64,000 nucleotides of DNA, taken from the NCBI GenBank assembly GCA_963708025.1, contig CAVPSB010000019.1, positions 294,156-358,155 on the forward strand, written 5' to 3'. Each line of letters begins with the position of its first letter. Position 1 is the stretch's first letter. The notes beneath the pieces were generated by a model. That model had not been told where the DNA came from. It saw only the letters and a list, made by a program, of their open reading frames with translations, and did not search any database. Both the position numbers and the translations under genes were made by a program. Source of the DNA: an uncultured Candidatus Rokubacteria bacterium (GTDB lineage: Bacteria > Methylomirabilota > Methylomirabilia > Rokubacteriales > DASRDR01). Of this stretch, positions 56,351 to 64,000 are shown one piece after another.

Positions 56351-57178
56351 TCAGAACGGGAAGCCGAAGCTCACGCGCACGCCGTAGAGCCCGTCGCCGA
56401 AGCGGTAGCTCACGCCGAGTCGCGGGTTGTCGATGAGACCCAGCAGCTTGAACGGGCCGGCCGTCCCCACCGTGGCGCCGATCTCGAGCTGGTCGGTGAC
56501 CTCGAGCGGCGCCCGGCCCGGCCGCGAGAACGTCGCGGCCGGGAGGAAGTGGTAGTGGACGAGGAACACCCCCACGTCGGGCGCGACGCCCCGGATCGTG
56601 AACCCGAGCGGGTGGCGGACCTCGACGCCGGTGTTGATGGTGGCGTAGGCCTCCTGCTGGGTACCGCTCTGGAACGCGTCGTTGCCCGCCCACGCCACCG
56701 CGTGTCCGAAGCTCACCCGCGAGTCGCCGAGCTGGAGCTCGAACAGGTTGGTGAGGCCGGCCGTGTACGTGTAGAGGACCACGTCGCCGGAGAACGTCGT
56801 GCCGAGGCCGACCTCCCCGTACGGCTTGAGCTTCCACCAGCGCCGGATCGGGATGACCAGCTCGGCGCCCGCCGAGCCGACGAGGAAGTCGGCCGAGGCC
56901 TGGACCCGGCCGAGCTCGGGGACGACGATGTCGAGACTGGCGTGCCCGTAGGTCAACGCGCCGGTCACGTTGACCTGCCACGGGTCGTCCCCCGGGGTCA
57001 GGTCGATGGGATGGGTGTAGGGCACCTGAAAGACGTCCACGTCGAGGCCGCCGATCTCGTAGGAGCCGAGCCCGAACTGCAGGGCGTAGACCACGTTGAC
57101 GAACGCGCCCTCCGGAGCACCCTGGCGCCGCTGGGCAAGGGCGGCGCCCGGCCAGAGGCCGGCGGCCAGGAGGAGCAC
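56351..57178 (-). CDS. Outer-membrane beta-barrel-like protein
   Basis: Signal peptide, alternating amphipathic strands, C-terminal VRVSFGFPF. Confidence 0.65.
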   Translation of the reverse strand: MLLLAAGLWPGAALAQRRQGAPEGAFVNVVYALQFGLGSYEIGGLDVDVFQVPYTHPIDLTPGDDPWQVNVTGALTYGHASLDIVVPELGRVQASADFLVGSAGAELVIPIRRWWKLKPYGEVGLGTTFSGDVVLYTYTAGLTNLFELQLGDSRVSFGHAVAWAGNDAFQSGTQQEAYATINTGVEVRHPLGFTIRGVAPDVGVFLVHYHFLPAATFSRPGRAPLEVTDQLEIGATVGTAGPFKLLGLIDNPRLGVSYRFGDGLYGVRVSFGFPF

Positions 57179-57664
57179 CGCGGCGACCGCGCGGGCCCGG
57201 GTCCGCCGGGGCGAGGGGTGATCGGGGGCCCGCCTCGCGGGGCCGCCACGGGAGGGATCGCCGGCGACCGCTAGACCCAGGGGGAGTGGCTCTGGGAGGC
57301 CCCGAAGGTCTTCCCGGCGGCGTAGCGCGAGAGCGCGAACGGCTCCAGCTCGGCCACGCGGTCGCCCATCAGGTAGCGACGACGTAGGAAGCGGAATCGG
57401 GCAGGTCGCTCATGACGGGATCTCCTCTCGGGCGGGGTGCCGCGCACCCTACCGTACCCACCCGCGCCCGCCACCGTCAAGGCCACCGGGCGCATGCTGG
57501 CCGCCGATGTGGGGGCGGCGGAACACTCCTTTGGATCACGGTGATCCGGGGACAGTTGACGGGGGCACTTCTTCGCACAATGTGACCCGAAAGGACGGCC
57601 CAGACACGGGTCGTTTTGCATTGCACCCGGAGGCTGAGGATAGACGAAGGCCAAATTCGAGACC

Positions 57665-58012
57665 GTGCCGATCAGGGAGCTCAAGCACCGACTCCCGGCC
57701 AAGCTCCTGCCGCTGGTCGAGGAGTACAAGGACAAGCTCGAGAAGCTTCCGGCGGACCAGGGCGGCCGGCTGACCCTTGAGAAGGGCGATGACCCGAAGG
57801 AACTCCGGCGGGCGCTCAAGGCGGCGGCGACCTCGCTCAACCGGCGGATCCGGTTCCCGTTCCGTGGGGAGGAGGGGTCTCTGAGCTTCTACCTGGAAGG
57901 CCAGAGGGGAAGGCGGCGGCGGAAGGCCGGGGCCGAAGGGGAGGGGCGGAGGCGCCGAAGCGCCGAAGCGCCGAAGCGCAGACGGGGACGGCCGAGGAAG
58001 AGCGCGGCGTAG
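57665..58012 (+). CDS. Small basic protein with C-terminal AT-hook (putative DNA-binding)
   Basis: Ends KRRRGRPRKSAA; strong codon bias; frame extends to an ACG at 57644. Confidence 0.65.
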   Translation: MPIRELKHRLPAKLLPLVEEYKDKLEKLPADQGGRLTLEKGDDPKELRRALKAAATSLNRRIRFPFRGEEGSLSFYLEGQRGRRRRKAGAEGEGRRRRSAEAPKRRRGRPRKSAA

Positions 58013-58068
58013 AGCATGCCAATTGAGCAGGCTCTATGTGTGTCGGCAGAGTTCCAGAACGGGTGCCG

Positions 58069-58881
58069 ATGAGGCAAGCGGAAGCAGGGGTGCGATTCGC
58101 GAGGATACGCCTCGCGACGGGTCCAGAGCTTCACTATGCGGAGCAAGGCGATTCCGCGGGGGAGGCCATCCTCTTTCTCCACGGGTGGCCCGACTCCTGG
58201 TTCTCGTTTAGCAGAGTCCTCCCGCTACTACCTCACCGCTATCGGGCGTTCGCTTTGGACCAGCGAGGGTTCGGCGATTCAGAGCGTCCTGCCTCCGGCT
58301 ACGGGATCGACGACCTGGCCTCCGACGCAGTCGCGTTCCTGGACGCCGTATCGGTGCAGCAAGCCACCGTGGTGGGGCACTCGCTAGGAAGCTTCATTGC
58401 GAGGCGGGTCGCAGAGGTCAAGCCGAAGCGCGTCGCGAGGCTGGCGCTCATTGGCTCTGCCGAGTCGCCAGTCAACGATGTGACACTGGAGGTGCAGCGA
58501 AACGTGCGGACCCTGGCGGACCCGGTGGCGGTGGAGTTCGCTCGTGAGTTCCAGGCGGGGACGGTCCACGTCCCGCTCCCTGTAGAGTTCTTCGACGGAC
58601 TCGTCGCCGAGAGTCTCAAGCTGCCAGCCCGCCTCTGGCGTGAGGTGCTCGACGGCCTGCTGGCATTTGACGACGCGGCCGATCTGAGGCGGATCTCGGC
58701 GCCGACGCTCATCATGTGGGGGGAGCGGGACGCTCTGTTTGCACGGGACGAGCAGCCGCGCCTGGTGGCCGCCATTCCGGGCGCCAAGCTGATCGTGTAC
58801 GCGGAAACCGGCCACTGCCCGAACTGGGAGCGTCCGGAACGGGTTGCCGCGGACCTCGGCACGTTCATGCAGCAGACCTGA
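58069..58881 (+). CDS. Alpha/beta hydrolase
   Basis: FLHGWPD, DQRGFGDS, GHSLG, WGERD, GHCPNWE. Confidence 0.9.
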   Translation: MRQAEAGVRFARIRLATGPELHYAEQGDSAGEAILFLHGWPDSWFSFSRVLPLLPHRYRAFALDQRGFGDSERPASGYGIDDLASDAVAFLDAVSVQQATVVGHSLGSFIARRVAEVKPKRVARLALIGSAESPVNDVTLEVQRNVRTLADPVAVEFAREFQAGTVHVPLPVEFFDGLVAESLKLPARLWREVLDGLLAFDDAADLRRISAPTLIMWGERDALFARDEQPRLVAAIPGAKLIVYAETGHCPNWERPERVAADLGTFMQQT

Positions 58882-58999
58882 TTGCTCCAGATTGCGGATT
58901 CGGGCGATGGCGGGGGCACCGATACGGAAGTCCCTAGAAGCGGGCGTTCCAGGTAGTGACATCCAATCGCAACGAACGGCCGTGAGCGACAACCGGTCG

Positions 59000-59380
59000 T
59001 CAGAGACTCTCTGCCTCGTCGGCTGGATAATGATCCGGTTGATCTTGATGGTCCTTGTCGGTCCACCCCGTGTCAACGCTTCCCCGAATCTTTGCTCCGG
59101 CATTCACCTGCACAGTGGGGGCTTTGATCTCGCCGACTACCGATGCGGATCCAGAGAGTTCTATTGCTGACGCTGCCAGGATATTGGCCTTCGCATGACC
59201 GGCGATTCGGACCCGGTCGGCTTTCACGTCACCCTCGATCGCGCCATCAGGATCAACGGTGACATCACCGGTGATGACGACTTGGCCTTTTAGCCGACCA
59301 GCGAGGCGGATGCTGCCATTGCCCTCGAACTTTCCCTCGATGACTAGGCCTTGACCCACGATCGACTCCGCAGGCTTCAT
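59000..59380 (-). CDS. Bactofilin (polymer-forming cytoskeletal protein)
   Basis: SIVGQGLVIEGK..IRLAG..G.VV..DVTV..IEGDVKA..VVGEIKAP..GAKIRG; SD GGGAGGG. Confidence 0.85.
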   Translation of the reverse strand: MKPAESIVGQGLVIEGKFEGNGSIRLAGRLKGQVVITGDVTVDPDGAIEGDVKADRVRIAGHAKANILAASAIELSGSASVVGEIKAPTVQVNAGAKIRGSVDTGWTDKDHQDQPDHYPADEAESL

Positions 59381-59612
59381 GCTGTCCCTCCCGTGTTGAT
59401 GCTCTCCTCAGACCCATCGCCTCAAGTCAGGAGGTCAGGATACCGCGCCTCCTGCAGTCAGCCGAAGCTTTCGCGGAGGCCAAGAACGGCAGAGGCTACG
59501 GGACGATAGGAGCTCAGGTGGAAGTGTACAGGTGGCAGCGAGGGGTGGCGGCGTGGGATAACGATGTAGACGATGCCCCTCGAAGCTGATATAGATGCCG
59601 AGAGTCGGCGCT

Positions 59613-60137
59613 ATGACGCCTCCAGACTTTCTCGATCTAAAGAATCAGGTGGCGGTTGCGCTCGTCGAGTCGATTTTTCGTCGGGCAGGGTATGGCCTTA
59701 CGGTCTTTCGCGATCATGACATACCGCCCCATCTCGGCCGAGAAGATATTCCTGATTTCAGGGCGGTGCCACCCACTACGAGGGAAGAGATCGGATCTAG
59801 GCCCGTGAAGGTTCGGTACCGGCGGCACGTTGGTCAGTACTTGACAGTCGAGGTTCGGCGAGGTGCTCGTTCGTTCTTTGCCCTCGCGAAGCAACACTGG
59901 CCAGGCCTTGTAGTCGTCTTCGTCACCGATGAACCGGAGCCAGGTCGTTCGTGTTTCCGGGTGCTCGATCTCGCGACGTGGAGCCAAGCCGACGCGCCGG
60001 CGTTGGTCGATCTGTCTGCGCATCCCAGCCTGAACATCTATCAACTCAATGTCGAGGAGCATGAGGCGCTGGCCCGCCGCATCCTGGCCCTGCTCTCGAT
60101 GCGGCGCGCGCATTCGGCCGAGGAGAGCACCGGATAG
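59613..60137 (+). CDS. Hypothetical protein, PD-(D/E)XK-like fold
   Basis: LVESIFRRAGY helix, IPDF, VKVRYR. Confidence 0.45.
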   Translation: MTPPDFLDLKNQVAVALVESIFRRAGYGLTVFRDHDIPPHLGREDIPDFRAVPPTTREEIGSRPVKVRYRRHVGQYLTVEVRRGARSFFALAKQHWPGLVVVFVTDEPEPGRSCFRVLDLATWSQADAPALVDLSAHPSLNIYQLNVEEHEALARRILALLSMRRAHSAEESTG

Positions 60138-60285
60138 GCATTAATCCCCAGGCGGCACGGGGTTCATTGCCGAGCTGACGGCCCTGGACGAGAGCGTTTG
60201 GGGGAAGTTTATAGAGTGGACCAGACGAGGCGGGAGGTCGGTCGGGTCGAGACGATGCCTGAGATGCCCCCGAAGGAGAGACAAC

Positions 60286-60496
60286 ATGGCGAGAGAGATT
60301 GAGATCGACACCAACAAAGCTCCATGGACACCCACACAGTGGCCGGGCATCTCCCGAAAAGCACTCCGGAGAGATGAGCAAACAGGGGCGCGGGCCGGCC
60401 TCCTCAAGTTCGAACCCAACTCCCACTTGCCGCGGCACATGCACCCCGCCGGCGAGGAGGTGTTCGTCTTGGAAGGCCGAGTGCGTTTCGAAGACT
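60286..60496 (+). pseudogene. ChrR-like cupin truncated by an IS end
   Basis: SD AAGGAG; HMHPAGEEVFVLEG cupin motif 1, then the IS inverted repeat starts at 60497. Confidence 0.7.
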
Positions 60497-61820
60497 TGTC
60501 CTTCGCCACAACCTCATCCGCCTCCGTTGACGACGGCCGATGCTCTGATGACAGGCCGGGGAACGCCAGGAGAGTCTGGACAAGGGTGATGGGAAGTAGC
60601 GTGGTTGGCGGCTGGGGGTCCGTCGGGCCCGCCAGGGAAAGAGAAGAGTGTGGACTGTCGGACGGCGAGCGGCCGAAGGGCGGAGGGTCCCGGGCGTGGC
60701 GAACTGCTCGAGGGTGACTCAGGCCGCGCGCCGGGCGTAGCGATGATGCAGGCCACCGACTTCGGATATCGGGATGACCGGGCCGAGTTCCGGCGGCTCA
60801 ATTGGCCGCGCGTCGGGGGCATCCTTGTCGAGCGAAAGGTGCGTGCGCGCCCGGTGATAGTACCCGAAGTAGCGGGTGAGGATGCGGCGCAGGTGGCGTT
60901 CGCTCAGCACGAGGACATGATCGAGGCACTCGCGGCGGATCGAGCCGATGAGCCGCTCCGCGAAGGGGTTCTGCCACGGGCTGGAGGGCGCGGTCAGGAC
61001 TTCACGGATTCCCATACCCTTCACGCGGTGCCGGAACGCGGCGCCGTAAACCGTGTCGCGATCGCGGAGGAGGGCAGAGGGCGCGGTGTCGTTCGGGAAG
61101 GCCTCCACGATCTGCTGAGCGGTCCAGTGGGCGGTGGGGTGCTCGGTCACGTTGAAGTGGACGACGCGCCGGCGGTGGTGGGCGAGGACGACGAGGACGA
61201 AGAGGACGCGGAGGCGAGCGGTGGGCACGGTGAAGAAGTCGATGGAGACCAAGTCGCGGACGTGGTTGGCGAGGAACGTCCGCCAGGTCTGAGAGGGCTG
61301 GGGGCGCCATTTCGGCAGGAGCCTGGAGACGGTGCGCTCGGCGATGTCGATGCCGAGCTTCAGGAGCTCCCCGTGGATGCGGGGAGCACCCCACAAGGGA
61401 TTCGCCGCGGCCATTTTCCTGACGAGGGCGGCGATTTCGGGATCGACCGGAGGGCGGCCTCGGTGGGCCGGCCCGAGAGCTGGGTCCAGTACTCGCGGAA
61501 GCGTCGGCGCTGCCATCGCAAGACGGTGTCGGGCGACACGACGAGCAGAGCCTGCCTCCAGCCGGTCCAGATTCTGGCCAGCCCGACCCAGAATAGACGA
61601 TCCATCGTGCGGAGCCTCGGCCGGGGGGCTGTTCGCTTGTAGACGGCAAGCTGCTGGCGCAGGGCCAGGTTCTCGAGGGCGAGCTGGCGGTGGCCGCCGA
61701 CGAGGAAGGGGAGGAGCCGGAACAGGTGGAGCAGGAGAGTGATCATCGAGCCGCGATTGTGGCCGACCAGGGCCGACAGATCAACCATTTCGCTGCCGGA
61801 TGAGGTTTTGGCGACGGACA
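60497..61820 (-). mobile_element. IS481-like insertion sequence with rve (DDE) transposase
   Basis: Imperfect 24-bp TIRs TGTCCTTCGCCACAACCTCATCCG / CGGATGAGGTTTTGGCGACGGACA (TGT...ACA ends). Confidence 0.8.
60719..61746 (-). CDS. Integrase-core (rve) transposase, frameshift near 61460
   Basis: ENLALRQQL, TVLRWQR, WGAPRIHGELLKLG, IDFF, LRDRD, PWQNPFAERLIGSIRRECLD, GGLHHRY. Confidence 0.9.
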
Positions 61821-61998
61821 CCATTGTGTTGACTACCCTCACTCGAACAGGCGTCCTGCTCGGTGGTCGTCATCGACGCGTTCGTGCCAGAAGGCGCGAT
61901 CGACCCGGTCGGCGGCCCCCGGCGGTGGCTCGGCGGCCAGGCCGAGCGCCGCGAGGAGCCGGTGAGGCAATGGCCTTCAAACATGAATGGAGGGTTCG

Positions 61999-63702
61999 AT
62001 GCCGTGGCAGAAACTTACGAACAAGGCTCAAGTCCTCGCCGTCCACGCGGCGTATATGGGTTTCGGTCAGATCCTGTACTTCGGCGGCGACGAATTTGAC
62101 GCCGATCACAACAAGCATCACCAGTTCGACGCCACGCGCCTATTCGATTGCAACGCCCTGACGGTCAAGACGCTGTCGTCACCGCCGTTCGATACGTTCT
62201 GTTGTGGGCACGCATTCGTGACCGCGGTGAACCAAGCCAGGCTGTTGGTCGCCGGCGGAACCGAGCAGCATTATCTCGCGAGCGGCTATCATCAGCACCA
62301 CTTCCCCGGCCTGCGTGACGCTGCGATTTTCAACTCGCCGCTGGTGAGCAACCCGACCGGTCCTTGGGATTGGACCAAAGCCGACCGCATGAACCCGGGC
62401 ATGCCGGTCAGCCCTGGGTCGATTCCGCCGGGGACGCAGATGCCCGACCCCAATCTCAACGGTGGGCGCTGGTATCCAACACTGACCACGATGGCGACCG
62501 GCGACGTGATCGCCTTTGCCGGGCACCCGGGCTCGGGCGATCTCAATCACGACAACGACATCCCGGAAGTCTACTCGCCGAAGCCGGGGCCGCTCGGCAA
62601 ATGGCGACAGCTCGCGCCGTACAACAACGGACCCGCCCGCGAGTACTACCAGAACCATTCGATGGTACTGTATCCGCGGGTGCATCTGGTGCCATCCGGG
62701 CATTTCATTTTCAGTTCGCCGCAAGGCCGCCAGACCCTCGCGTTCCGCCCGGACGTTGGGGCCTTCGGCGGCACGTTCGATCTCGTCTGCATTTTTCCGC
62801 GCGACGTCAACGAGAACTACAGCTATCCGAACTCTCCGTACCACTGGAATTCGGTCCTGTTGCCACTCGGCTTCAGGCGCAATCACAACCAATGGGACTC
62901 GCTGCCGACTCGCATTCTGATCTGTGGGGGCACCAGCGAGCGCGCGCATGTCCTCGACGTCACCAAATGGCCAACATCACCGACGGAGTGGAAGGCGACC
63001 GGAGCGCGCGCCATTTCCAAAGCGCGGTTGAACTCCAACGCCACAATCCTTCCGACGGGTGAGATTTTCGTCAACGGCGGCGTCAACATCTCGGAAGACG
63101 AACTGACCCGTCAGCTCCCAACCCTCGATTCGCGCGGCACGAATGAGCCGGAGATCTACAATCCCTACACCAACAAATGGACGGTGCTGAGCCAGCCGAA
63201 CGAGAGGGCTTCGGTGCCGCGCAACTATCATTCCGTGTCGCTTCTGATGCCCGACGGCCGCGTCTGGACGGCGGGCTCAAGCAAGAACAGTGCAGCTGGA
63301 ATTGCGACCCGCAATCTCGACATCGAGATCTTTGAACCTTGGTACTGGGGAAATCCCGATCGACCCTACATTAACGATGCGCCGAGCCTTGCCTATCCCG
63401 GCACCAAGATTCAAATCTCAAGCACGTTCGCCAACGAGATCGAGCGGGTGGTGGTCCTGCGCGCCGGCTCCTGCACGCACTCCTTCAATCCCGATCAGCG
63501 GATGGTCGAGCTGAAATTCCGCCACCTCGGCGGCGACAAACTGGAGGTCGATATGCCCGCCGACAACTACATCTATCCGCCGGGGCACTATCTCATCTAC
63601 ACAATCCGTCATCACGCCGGAACGCTCGGCTTGCCGTCGTTTGGAACAGACATCCATGTCGTCACGGAGCGGGAAGCGAAGGAAGCCGGCCATGGCCACT
63701 AG
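61999..63702 (+). CDS. Copper-radical oxidase (galactose/glyoxal oxidase AA5-like; Kelch + DUF1929)
   Basis: FCCGH, GRWYPT, LYPR, RNYHSVSLLMPDGRV, CTHSFN..QR, PPGHYL; SD GGAGGG. Confidence 0.85.
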   Translation: MPWQKLTNKAQVLAVHAAYMGFGQILYFGGDEFDADHNKHHQFDATRLFDCNALTVKTLSSPPFDTFCCGHAFVTAVNQARLLVAGGTEQHYLASGYHQHHFPGLRDAAIFNSPLVSNPTGPWDWTKADRMNPGMPVSPGSIPPGTQMPDPNLNGGRWYPTLTTMATGDVIAFAGHPGSGDLNHDNDIPEVYSPKPGPLGKWRQLAPYNNGPAREYYQNHSMVLYPRVHLVPSGHFIFSSPQGRQTLAFRPDVGAFGGTFDLVCIFPRDVNENYSYPNSPYHWNSVLLPLGFRRNHNQWDSLPTRILICGGTSERAHVLDVTKWPTSPTEWKATGARAISKARLNSNATILPTGEIFVNGGVNISEDELTRQLPTLDSRGTNEPEIYNPYTNKWTVLSQPNERASVPRNYHSVSLLMPDGRVWTAGSSKNSAAGIATRNLDIEIFEPWYWGNPDRPYINDAPSLAYPGTKIQISSTFANEIERVVVLRAGSCTHSFNPDQRMVELKFRHLGGDKLEVDMPADNYIYPPGHYLIYTIRHHAGTLGLPSFGTDIHVVTEREAKEAGHGH

Positions 63703-64000
63703 AAGCGCCGAATCCTTGGATCGTGGTGACATCGGCGCTGCGGGCTACGGTTTCCCAGCGCCGCTCGGCTGAACACTCATCGTCCTGCCGTCCGGGGCGG
63801 GTCGCCACAGCCAATGGCCGTTACCGCGACGGCCGCCAGCATTCCGGCGAACGTGGCGGATAACGAGCGGGCGATCGTCACGGCAGGATTGGCGAACGAC
63901 GTGGACGCCGTGAACCAATAGGCCGACGGGATGTAGAGCCCGACTGCCGTAGTGTCCGAGAACTCCGGCCATGCTCAGGCTGCGCGGATCGCGGGCTAGA

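Noticed and set aside
57271-57413. Short minus-strand fragment resembling an oxidoreductase C-terminus
   Set aside because: Too short and frame-broken to support a call.
1-64000. CRISPR array, rRNA or intact tRNA
   Set aside because: No regularly spaced repeats, cas genes or rRNA-like sequence seen; only a degenerate tRNA relic.

Overview
High-GC bacterial chromosome segment. A Rokubacteria/Methylomirabilota-like origin is my inference from gene content and repeat style only. Many 1-nt indels break genes, including glyA, which looks like long-read error. The window has three zones. (1) 1-11.9 kb is a visibly less GC-rich Wzx/Wzy exopolysaccharide cluster: priming glycosyltransferase, flippase, GT2/GT4s, Wzy, beta-helix protein, WecG/TagA, plus a nucleotidyltransferase-TMK fusion and an APH-like kinase. 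(2) 12-46.4 kb is core-like: LMW-PTP, HD-GYP, higBA, DMTs, amidohydrolases, rpiB-glyA-nrdR, B12 radical SAM, pyrE-like, tsaB-rimI, diheme cytochrome c and cytochrome c', CoA transferases, MeaB, NodIJ-like ABC, FadF-like oxidoreductase and an HMGS-DUF35 fusion. It carries several REP-like repeat families and many apparently leaderless promoters. (3) From a decayed tRNA-Arg(CCT) at 46.6 kb onward is an accessory patchwork: IS91/ISCR relics, an IS481-like element, patatin, a hybrid kinase, bactofilin and a copper-radical oxidase. The top candidate novel system is a two-gene operon: a cyanobactin PatA-like S8 protease plus an 88-aa precursor with a PatE-like leader (ILPxQxxxVxR...GIEAS) and a 58-aa six-Cys core, with no heterocyclase or macrocyclase in view. 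Other highlights are an 11-aa Lys-rich microprotein gene (MAKKKAAKKKK) with its own promoter, SD and hairpin, and a contracted CXCH heme motif.
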